Source of the DNA: Haloferax volcanii DS2
GTDB taxonomy: Archaea; Halobacteriota; Halobacteria; Halobacteriales; Haloferacaceae
NCBI RefSeq assembly: GCF_000025685.1
Contig: NC_013966.1
Coordinates: 240,001-272,000, forward strand
Reading direction: 5' to 3'
Length of the DNA: 32,000 bases
A program made the translations under genes and the position numbers. Position 1 is the stretch's first letter, and every line of letters starts with the position of its first letter. The notes under the pieces are model-generated. The model worked only from the letters and a program-made list of their open reading frames with translations. It was not told the origin of the DNA and did not search any database. This document shows, in pieces, positions 16,732-24,242 of this stretch.

Positions 16732-16771
16732 TTAACCAACAAAATTTTTGATTAGCCCTTGTGTTGGTTAA
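16732..16771. promoter_or_regulatory. palindromic operator-like site TTAACCAACA-N20-TGTTGGTTAA over a promoter
   Basis: Arms at 16732-16741 and 16762-16771. The spacer contains the AT-rich aaaatttttgatta (TATA-like). The site ends 17 nt before ATG 16788. Confidence 0.55.
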
Positions 16772-16787
16772 CACGAGGCAGCAGCCG

Positions 16788-17111
16788 ATGTCCGACGAAC
16801 CACCGACGCCGCCGACGAGCCTCTCCACAGAAGTCGTCGACGCCCTGAATAACTTATCGCCGAACAGTCTCCGAGACGTTGCCCGCTATGCCGAAGAGTT
16901 GGCCGAACACAAGGAGCGTGAGGTTCGTCGCGAGGAAGAGCCACCGGAAGGGGAACTCGAAGAACGGTCGGATGACCTTCCAGATGATGTCCCCACGAAG
17001 GCGACGATTACGATCAAAGAGATCAACGACAAACGCTACTACTACTGGCAGTGGCGAGAGGGTGACAAAATCAAGTCTAAGTATAAAGGACCAGTCAATT
17101 CCGGTGAATAG
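16788..17111 (+). CDS. hypothetical protein (107 aa) with an acidic, disordered N-terminal half and a YYYWQWREGDKIKSKYKGPV C-terminus
   Basis: ATG 16788 gives MSDEPPTPPTSL.... The ORF is convergent with the 3' end of orc1 and is followed directly by an ORB-like repeat cluster. Confidence 0.6.
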   Translation: MSDEPPTPPTSLSTEVVDALNNLSPNSLRDVARYAEELAEHKEREVRREEEPPEGELEERSDDLPDDVPTKATITIKEINDKRYYYWQWREGDKIKSKYKGPVNSGE

Positions 17112-17143
17112 GAAGGGCAACTTCCATGAGATCGAGGGCCACC

Positions 17144-17372
17144 ACACCCCGTGTGCGAAGTGAATTTTCTGATTACCCGTGGACCCCGTGTGAGAGATGA
17201 ATCGAATGACAAGTTGAGAGGTGACACACCCCGTGTACAAGATGAATAATCAAAGACTCAACTGTTCCTTAAGCGCTCTCGCGCATGAATAGCGCATATT
17301 TACACTTTGCACACGGGGTGTGGGTTACCAGACTGAACAAGTCAGAACTTACATTCGTGACCAGGGGTGTGT
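17144..17372. repeat. ORB-like repeat cluster (dialect 2), consensus CACACCCCGTGTnnnAGnTGAAT
   Basis: Direct copies at 17144-17166, 17182-17202 and 17225-17247. Inverted copies at 17298-17322 and, degenerate, at 17353-17372. The cluster lies immediately 3' of orc1. Confidence 0.6.
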
Positions 17373-17390
17373 AGTCGGGGAAAACGGAGA

Positions 17391-18668
17391 TTACGCGAGA
17401 TCTTCCAGTCGGCTATCACGGAGCACAGATTTCAGCACAATACCAGTATCCTGAACCAGTCGATGCTCAAGGTAGCTCCCTTCTCCCCGTCCACCGCCAG
17501 TTCGGGTCGATTCCACCACGCCGAGGAACGCCTGCTCCTTCAGCAGTTCATAGACGCGGTGTTCGCTCAGAACCTTCGCATCGACCGTCTCAGCAGTGTT
17601 CTGGTAGCGCTTGTAAATACGGCTTGTCGAGAATTCGTCTTCGTTCGAGCTCTCCTCGGTCAACAATGCAAGTGAGTAGAGAATGAACTTGACCTGAGTC
17701 GTCGATCCACGAAGTAACTCCTCGAATCGGTCAACCTCTGCCCATTCTTGAGCATCGCGAACGTGCTCTGCGACGACCTGGTCAGCGTTTTCTCGCTCAG
17801 CGAGTTCGCCCGCGTGTCGGAGAATCTCGATCGCCTTCCTGGCGTCGCCATGTTCCTGTGCGGCGAGTGCCGCAGTTAGCGGGATGACGTCGTCAGAGAG
17901 AACGTCGTCGTGGAACGCGTCACGGCGGTGCTTCATTATCCCACGGAGTTGATTCGCGTCGTAGGGCTGGAAGACGAACTCTTCTTCACGAAGGCTTGAC
18001 TTGACGCGCTCGTTCAACTGGTCCCGATACTCGATTTTGTTACTCACCGCGATAACGCCCAGGTGACAATCGGCTTTCCCAGATTCACGGGCTCGTGAGA
18101 GCTGCATCAGAATATCATCGTCGTTCAGGCGGTCAACCTCATCGAGAATGATGACAACAGCATCGTAGGCGAGATTCAGAATCTCCCAGAGGTAGTCGTA
18201 ATATTCCCCACTGCCAATCCCTGCTCGTGGGACGTCGAAGTCAGTTTTTTCGGTCTTGTTGAGCTCCCGTGTCACTGTTCGGGCAACACGGGTCTGTGTA
18301 TTGTGCTGTGCACAGTCGACGTAGACAGTCCCGACCGAAACCCCATTTGACTCTGCGGCTCGACGGGCACGTTCTGTGACATGGCGAGCAACCAGCGACT
18401 TGCCCGTCCCTGTCTTGCCGTAGATCATGACGTTGTTAGGCGGGTCATTTTGAACGATCGGCCTGAGTTCAGCAGCGATGTCTTTGATTTCTTCGTCACG
18501 GCCGACGATTCGGGCACTTTCCGGGACGTGACCAACCTTCAGGAGTTCCTTGCGAGTAAAAATGTCGACCCGGTCAGGGTCGTCTCCATCAATATTGAAC
18601 AGCGGATCCTCAGCCGGGTCTTCGTACCGGTCGTTGAAGTCAGAGAGTTGCGACGGGTCATCAGCCAT
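17391..18668 (-). CDS. orc1: Orc1/Cdc6 replication initiator (425 aa)
   Basis: AAA+ Walker A GKTGTGKS, Walker B VVIILDEVD, and a C-terminal winged helix (HRVYELLKEQAFLGVVES). Flanked by ORB-like repeats. Confidence 0.95.
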   Translation of the reverse strand: MADDPSQLSDFNDRYEDPAEDPLFNIDGDDPDRVDIFTRKELLKVGHVPESARIVGRDEEIKDIAAELRPIVQNDPPNNVMIYGKTGTGKSLVARHVTERARRAAESNGVSVGTVYVDCAQHNTQTRVARTVTRELNKTEKTDFDVPRAGIGSGEYYDYLWEILNLAYDAVVIILDEVDRLNDDDILMQLSRARESGKADCHLGVIAVSNKIEYRDQLNERVKSSLREEEFVFQPYDANQLRGIMKHRRDAFHDDVLSDDVIPLTAALAAQEHGDARKAIEILRHAGELAERENADQVVAEHVRDAQEWAEVDRFEELLRGSTTQVKFILYSLALLTEESSNEDEFSTSRIYKRYQNTAETVDAKVLSEHRVYELLKEQAFLGVVESTRTGGGRGEGSYLEHRLVQDTGIVLKSVLRDSRLEDLA

Positions 18669-18786
18669 CGATACCAGATACCGCGCAACCTGGCTACTTA
18701 ATTATTCTCCCACCTCGACAAGAGTGTAAATTAGCCCATAACTAGGACCTACTGCCTAGAGCGTCCAATGTCAGTCGGTAAAAGAG

Positions 18787-19632
18787 ACGAGGTAATCCAG
18801 AGTGAAAGGCGTCCTTCCCGTGCAAGTGATTTGGACGATGAAACACCCCTCACCAAGACTGTATAGCGGACAGAAACCAATATTTGACCACCCCTCGTCC
18901 CGAGTGAATTACCACTAATCTTCCACTGGGCTCGAAAATGCACACCCCCCATCAAGAGTATAACTCAATCAGAGCAAAGATGTCAAACATTGAGCAGACA
19001 CAAAGACGCCTGACGCACGGCATACACCCCTCGTCCAGAGTGAAAACAGTCGCGAGGTTCGTTATTCGGTTGAACAGAAGTTCGAGGAGATGCTTCCTGT
19101 TTTCAGTCGTAGCCATCGATACAAAACACAGCTGTTGACCTGTATTCTGCACCAATCTTGAGGGTATCGAGAGAATAATCACATAAAAGTCACGACGTAA
19201 AGACACCCACCCACCCCTCGTCCAGAGTGAAACAGCACGAGAAGATCCGGGTAGCAAGATGAGAATTGCACGACTGTATCGCGTGCAAACGACACGAATC
19301 ACAGGAAGAGAGACGGAAACACACGCATCGAGCTTCCGGGGAATCAACCAGAACGCACATTTATCAGAATTCTTAGTAATGTCTAGAAGATTTATATTTT
19401 ATTGGTTCGAATAGCCCACTAGCTACATTCTCCACAACAAAAAAAGACGAATTAGTATTCGTCTGGATCTCGTGAAGAACTACTCATCTACTTTCCTCTT
19501 ATTTCGCCGTCAATCTCTGTCTTAGCGACTCTCTCCGTGGGTTCGTCCGTGTTCTGTCTCTTTGACCTCTGTTTCTTGTGGATAACACCCCTCACCCTTT
19601 CAATCGTTTTCACTCTTGACGAGGGGTGTGTG
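18787..19632. other. Orc1-dependent replication origin: ORB repeats (dialect 1) flanking an AT-rich unwinding element
   Basis: Copies of CACCCCTCGTCCAGAGTGAAA lie at 18888-18908, 19024-19045 and 19204-19233. Degenerate copies lie at 18787-18808, 18843-18863, 18941-18962 and 19585-19604. An inverted copy TTTCACTCTTGACGAGGGGTGTG lies at 19607-19632. An AT-rich stretch at 19358-19461 sits between the opposed copies. Confidence 0.75.
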
Positions 19633-19685
19633 TTCCCACAATTTTCTCCTTCCGGTTCAGAAATTCGAGTTAAACTCTCGATTCC

Positions 19686-20734
19686 TCGCTCTTATGTAGA
19701 ACTGTGGAGTGACCCCGTAGCAAGGCAATCGACGACGATTTCGAGGGATGCGCCGACCAAGTTCAATGAGCGAACGATACCGAAGGTGTGAGCGGCCTGT
19801 TCCAAGCCCTGCTTGGACAGGCCGCGAAACTTCCGCAGCCACGGTTTGACTAGTGAGAAGAGGCACTCGACCTGGTTGATGTGGACGCCGTCGGCCGAAA
19901 CGTACCGTTCGTCGTGGATAACGGTTCGGTGATCGTACTCCATCTCTCGATACGCTTGGAGTCCATCAGTCCAGACCTCTCCCAGCCGCTGGGAGAGGTC
20001 TTCAGCCTCTTGCAGTACCGGTTCGAGGTCTCCCTGGTAGCTGATTCCAAGGTGACCGCGAATCACCCGAAGCACGTCGCGGCACGCCGCGACGAGCGTT
20101 ATCTGGTCTCCGTGACGGCCCTTCCATCGTGAGCGCCCCGATCGGGACGACCCGCCGCGGTACCGACTGGTCCGCGGCGGGTCTTGGCCTTTGTAGCCTG
20201 AACAGACCGTGCTTGATTCGTCGATTTGTGTTGGGCCCGAGATGGAGTGTTGGAATTGCTCCCAGACGAGGGGGAAGCCGCGCGTGACCGCGGCTTCCAC
20301 CTCTCGAATGGCGTAATAGACGGTCTTGTACGCCCTGTCGAGCACAACCGCGATTTGTGAGATACTGAGCAACGTGTCTGCATAGAGGAGGTACGCGAGA
20401 AGCACCTCTCCGGTGGTGAGGTGCTTCTCGTGGAAGGGCGTGCCATAGGTGTAGACCGGTTTAAAATTGCAATCTCGGCAGATAACGCGGTCGGACGAGT
20501 CCCACGTGTGAATGCTGGGGTGGCCGCAGCGAGGACACGTGGTATACTCCCAGAACTGCTTGAGTCGCCGCTCGATGAGGGCATCGAGCGGCTCGGTGTC
20601 CAACTCGAACAATCCAAGATCAACGAGCTGGCGAAGCATTCCACCGAACGCTGGCTGAGTCTGAGACATAACCTCCTGATTTCGGCTCGCTCACCGTAAC
20701 TACACGGTCGTTCCTCAGCTCTACATAAGAGCGA
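19686..20734 (-). mobile_element. IS1595-family (ISH4-like) insertion sequence, 1049 bp, no obvious TSD
   Basis: IRs TCGCTCTTATGTAGA[A/G]CTG at 19686-19704 and 20716-20734. The flanking 8-mers differ (tcgattcc versus cgtctgaa). Confidence 0.85.
19692..20669 (-). CDS. IS1595-family transposase (325 aa)
   Basis: N-terminal zinc finger CPRCGH...CRDC followed by a DDE-type core. The ORF fills the IR-bounded element. Confidence 0.85.
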   Translation of the reverse strand: MSQTQPAFGGMLRQLVDLGLFELDTEPLDALIERRLKQFWEYTTCPRCGHPSIHTWDSSDRVICRDCNFKPVYTYGTPFHEKHLTTGEVLLAYLLYADTLLSISQIAVVLDRAYKTVYYAIREVEAAVTRGFPLVWEQFQHSISGPTQIDESSTVCSGYKGQDPPRTSRYRGGSSRSGRSRWKGRHGDQITLVAACRDVLRVIRGHLGISYQGDLEPVLQEAEDLSQRLGEVWTDGLQAYREMEYDHRTVIHDERYVSADGVHINQVECLFSLVKPWLRKFRGLSKQGLEQAAHTFGIVRSLNLVGASLEIVVDCLATGSLHSST

Positions 20735-20770
20735 CGTCTGAATCAATCACAAAATGTCGATTGGCCACCG

Positions 20771-21040
20771 TTATCGAGTCGAAAGTGAAGTTGTGACCTG
20801 ATATAGATTCGACACTCCGTGAATCAGTGATTCACTGATTGGCGTCTTGCTTTGCGAGTCCCGAATCTTCTCTTTCGTTTCCTCTTGGTGTTCGCCAAAC
20901 GCCACCTCGAAGATCCCACGATAGAAGTGTTTGTTCTTCTCCAGCGTGACACCCTCGCGTTTCAGCTGCTTTTTCAGGCGAGTAAATGTAATCTCGATAT
21001 CCTCGCTCTGCTCCGGTTCTACGTATATCGTGGCTGAGTC
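20771..21040 (-). CDS. hypothetical small protein; open frame without a canonical start
   Basis: Protein-like translation TIYVEPEQSEDIEITFTRLKKQLKREGVTLEKNKHFYRGIFEVAFGEHQEETKEKIRDS.... There is no ATG/GTG/TTG after the upstream stop at 21041-21043. It is in frame with the upstream IS-disrupted ORF. Confidence 0.3.
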   Translation of the reverse strand, partial: DSATIYVEPEQSEDIEITFTRLKKQLKREGVTLEKNKHFYRGIFEVAFGEHQEETKEKIRDSQSKTPISESLIHGVSNLYQVTTSLSTR

Positions 21041-21218
21041 TCAGTCCTCACGGATATTCTACGGCTCGTCGTCTGTCTCTCTCACTTCACTTGCGGACGA
21101 TTCGGTGGTACCCGCGGTCGAGCCCTGTTGCTGGTTCGACTGGTTACCCGTGGCCTTCCCTGACCCTCGAGTTTCTGCTTCTGTTTTTGACGACGTCGCT
21201 GCAGTTTCCTCTTCGGCC

Positions 21219-22663
21219 CATGCGTTCTAGTTTAGTAGCGATCAAAGCCGAACTCACCTCGTTCAACCTGCTCACGTAACCGATCTCTGTGTGGATTTGG
21301 ATTTCGTGACGCCCACAGCAACAGCTCGTCCAAATCCGGCAGTTCGTAGCCCAGCTCAACCATGAGATACAGTTGGATCAGATGACCGTGGCGTTCCACG
21401 GCGAGCGAACAGCGACGCCGAGGGAGCCGCGACGCCGACGAGTCGGCGTCTGCGGCGGCTTCGCCCTCTCGCTGTCTTGCCTCAAGTGACCGCAACTCAT
21501 CCACGATTACACGACTCATCATCAACGAAATTGCGGCCATGATGATCAGCGCCTCGATGATGTAGCCGTCGGTCGTCTTGATCTCGTCCAAGCCGAACCG
21601 CGACTTCAACTCCTTGAACAGCAGTTCGACCTCCCAGCGCGCCCGATAGAGCTGCGCGATATCGGGCGCGCTGTAGCTTTCTCTCGCCAGATTCGTCAGA
21701 TACAGATGATACTCGTCGGTCTTCTCGTTACGTAGTCCGACCAGTCGAAACGTCCGGGTCGCGCTGGCGCCCGACCCTCGTTTGCGCTCGAACGAGAGCG
21801 TGATGCGGACGTCGATCTCCTGTCGCTGCAGGTCGTCGAGGACGGCCTGCAGCGACTCTCCTTCCAGCGGAATGCTGTTGCCTCGCCACGTTCGCAGTTC
21901 TTCGACAATCTCGAAGTTCGCGTCGTCTTTGACACGAGAGACGAACCAACCGTCGTTCTTGTCGATGCGGTCGAACAGCCAGAAGTCGTAAAAGCCCAAA
22001 TCAAGGAGAATGAGGGCGTCAGCTACCCACTCGCCGGTGGGTAGCTGACTCCGTTCATGAGTCGTCCCATCGGTTGTCCGGAATCGTGTCGGGAGCCCAG
22101 TCGAGAGAGATTCGGTGAGGTGAAGTTTCAGTTCGGCTTGATGGTCGCCGGTTGCTGTGTAGATATCAGCGGCGTCCTGGTACAGCGAAACGATGGTTGC
22201 GTCAGCAATGAGGACGTCTCGAAAGCGTTCGAGACGGCCGTTCAAATCTTCTCGTCCGGTATCGAGATTCTCGATTGCGTCATCGAGAATCTCTCGAAGG
22301 AGTGCAACGAATCCTGGTTCGAACCAGTCGTGGAACGATGCGTAGGAGAGTTCGTCACAGTCAGCCATCTCGACGTAGCGTTCGAGAAATGCTTGGAGAG
22401 AGCGGTCTGAGCCAGCAGCGAAGCCAAACGAGAGTGTGTAGAACAGCGCAACGATGTCGAATTTCCGCTCTCGTTGGACGAGATTCGTTGCGCGAGCGCG
22501 CTCGCGCAACTCATCAGAGGGAAACGCTCTTTGAATCCGGTCAACTATGACCGAATCCGGTGGGCTGTAGGTCATACTTCCCACCGGGTTTCTCAATCAG
22601 GTAGTTGCGACGATATCAAATCAACAGACAGCAACTGGATTCTTCGTTAAACTAGAACGGATG
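21219..22663 (-). mobile_element. IS4-family (ISH8-like) insertion sequence, copy B, 1445 bp, 10 bp TSD
   Basis: Same IRs as copy A. Perfect direct duplication CTCTTCGGCC at 21209-21218 and 22664-22673. Confidence 0.9.
21232..22596 (-). CDS. IS4-family DDE transposase (454 aa)
   Basis: Full-length ORF with 11 aa differences from 1631..2995. Confidence 0.9.
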   Translation of the reverse strand: MRNPVGSMTYSPPDSVIVDRIQRAFPSDELRERARATNLVQRERKFDIVALFYTLSFGFAAGSDRSLQAFLERYVEMADCDELSYASFHDWFEPGFVALLREILDDAIENLDTGREDLNGRLERFRDVLIADATIVSLYQDAADIYTATGDHQAELKLHLTESLSTGLPTRFRTTDGTTHERSQLPTGEWVADALILLDLGFYDFWLFDRIDKNDGWFVSRVKDDANFEIVEELRTWRGNSIPLEGESLQAVLDDLQRQEIDVRITLSFERKRGSGASATRTFRLVGLRNEKTDEYHLYLTNLARESYSAPDIAQLYRARWEVELLFKELKSRFGLDEIKTTDGYIIEALIIMAAISLMMSRVIVDELRSLEARQREGEAAADADSSASRLPRRRCSLAVERHGHLIQLYLMVELGYELPDLDELLLWASRNPNPHRDRLREQVERGEFGFDRY

Positions 22664-22880
22664 CTCTTCGGCCTTAGTGTTCTCATCGTCCCCTTCGTCT
22701 GATGGATTCTCGAACCGCTCAACCATTCCTCGTGGCATACTTACGCCTCCACTTGAGCCTTGTCGAATGCCCGCTCCATCGTCTTTGCAACTTCTAGGAA
22801 GAGGTCACGCTCTCTAGCGGCAGTGAATGAAGTGACTGAGAGTGGAAACTGTTCTTCCCCTGCAGATGGTTTCGATGGTG

Positions 22881-22905
22881 ACACACCCCTCGTCCAGACT
22901 GTAAA
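22881..22905. repeat. orphan ORB-like element (dialect 1)
   Basis: acacacccctcgtccagactgtaaa matches the CACCCCTCGTCCAGA core of the origin repeats. It is separated from the origin by the IS1595 and IS4 insertions. Confidence 0.5.
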
Positions 22906-23261
22906 TCGGCTGGCTTTCCGTGACCTCTCCCGAACTGACAAGATCAGACGCTAACGGGTTGCTTACCGAGATTGAAGACTGCTATGTCGGCAGTATCGAG
23001 ACAGCAGAGTGTATGAGATTGTTACCGCGCTGTGCTAGTGAAATCGAGGAGACACCCAGAAGGCGTTCGATCAGTCCGGACCGTTCCGTCACATCCGCAA
23101 TCTGACTGCGTTCGACACGGCACTATGGAATGTCCAATAGGCTATCTTTCTTCGAGGAGAGCATCCCGCCGTTTACGGCGGGAGTGAATCCGACACTTCC
23201 TACGCAGTCCACCGTCGATGGCAGGCTGGATATTCCACGCTAATCCGTAGGATTAACTAAA

Positions 23262-23358
23262 TCTTCCATACAATTTGTGCAATACTACAATTTTCAGAGA
23301 CCGCATCAAGCGCTCGATGGGAACACCGATTGAGGAGGTCACTAACTAGACAGTGCCC
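23262..23358 (+). mobile_element. IS6-family remnant (3' end of the transposase gene plus the terminal IR)
   Basis: The translation SSIQFVQYYNFQRPHQALDGNT, then out of frame PIEEVTN*, parallels the C-terminus of the IS6 copy at 28959-29650 (FIHYCNFQRPHQSLDGRTPAQEVN*). The remnant ends with TAACTAGACAGTGCCC at 23343-23358, which matches the IR GGGCACTGTCTAGTTA at 28950-28965. Confidence 0.65.
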
Positions 23359-23454
23359 TATTGAGCAATGAAAATCACACATTCAGAATTATACCAATAC
23401 GGAGCGAGAAGGTTATTCACCGTGGGTTTCGGTGGTGGCGCCGCCGTGGCCCAC

Positions 23455-24216
23455 TTAGCTTAGTCGCTCGCCGCGCTCACGGTGGGTTTCGAAGACGTCG
23501 CAAGCCCAGTCGACGGCTGCAGAGCTGTCGGTCATGGCGACGGCCGCCAGCGTCCCCCGGTCGGTGTCGAACCCTGTGAGCACGAGCGTGTCGTCGTACA
23601 ACGAGAGGTCAACCACGTCCTCGGTGACGTAGACGGAAGCGTTGTCGTGGGCTCGTACTGTTTCATGCAGCTCGCCGTGTTGGCATTCGAGGCGTTCTAG
23701 GACCGCCTGCGGGAGAGCCCACTCGAAGTCAACGCCTCCCTCAACGCAGTCAACGGTCCGAGCGAGCGTCACCGGTGAGCCGAAACTCGTTGCAGCCCCG
23801 TAGATTCGCTCGTCGACATCGCTGATGACGGATTCGAGGCGTTGCTCAATGGCATAGGGTGACTCAGAGTCGACTGCCATCACCGTCGCGTCGGCGAAAA
23901 GATGGAGGTTTTCGGTGAGGACGGACGGCGAGAGGTGTTCGAGCAGCGGCTTCAGTCGGTCTGCCGCCGCCAGCGAGCGCTCGAAACGTTCGGCAGCGTC
24001 GAGAACAGCCGTTCCCGCGCCAGTCGTCCGGTACCCTCGGTTGGTCCGTTTGAGCAGTCCCTCGTCGACCAGCGCGGAGGTCTGGCGGTAGACGGTCGCT
24101 CTTGACACGTCAAGTTCAGTCTCTAATGTCGACCGGTCGACCGACCGAGCACGGGCCACAGCCAATAGTGGCTGGTGGTTCAACAGTCGGGTGGGATCAC
24201 GACTGTAGCGATTCAT
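23455..24216 (-). CDS. archaeal wHTH transcriptional regulator with a C-terminal sensor-like domain (253 aa)
   Basis: N-terminal wHTH STLETELDVSRATVYRQTSALVDEGLLKR followed by an acidic C-terminal domain of about 170 aa. Confidence 0.8.
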   Translation of the reverse strand: MNRYSRDPTRLLNHQPLLAVARARSVDRSTLETELDVSRATVYRQTSALVDEGLLKRTNRGYRTTGAGTAVLDAAERFERSLAAADRLKPLLEHLSPSVLTENLHLFADATVMAVDSESPYAIEQRLESVISDVDERIYGAATSFGSPVTLARTVDCVEGGVDFEWALPQAVLERLECQHGELHETVRAHDNASVYVTEDVVDLSLYDDTLVLTGFDTDRGTLAAVAMTDSSAAVDWACDVFETHRERGERLS

Positions 24217-24242
24217 ACGACTATCATGAGGCTATGAATGAT

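Larger units (their letters stand above)
21059..22738 (-). pseudogene. small acidic, low-complexity ORF interrupted by IS4 copy B
   Basis: ATG 22738 gives MPRGMVERFENPSDEGDDENTKAEE. Removing the IS and one TSD copy continues the frame as ETAATSSKTEAETRGSGKATGNQ...ETDDEP* (stop at 21059-21061). Confidence 0.3.

Noticed and set aside
19395-19412. GGTTCGAAT, resembling a tRNA T-loop
   Set aside because: The flanking bases cannot form a T stem or an acceptor stem, and the sequence lies inside the AT-rich origin unwinding region.
20099-20746. 215 aa alternative-frame ORF inside the IS1595 element
   Set aside because: It overlaps the transposase ORF in another frame. It is Ser/Arg-rich and crosses the IS terminal repeat.
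23119-23261. Extension of the IS6 remnant leftward to GGCACTATGG at 23119 as a MITE-like deletion derivative
   Set aside because: Only the first 6 nt match the IS6 terminal repeat and the interior has no alignable similarity. The secure remnant is limited to 23262-23358.
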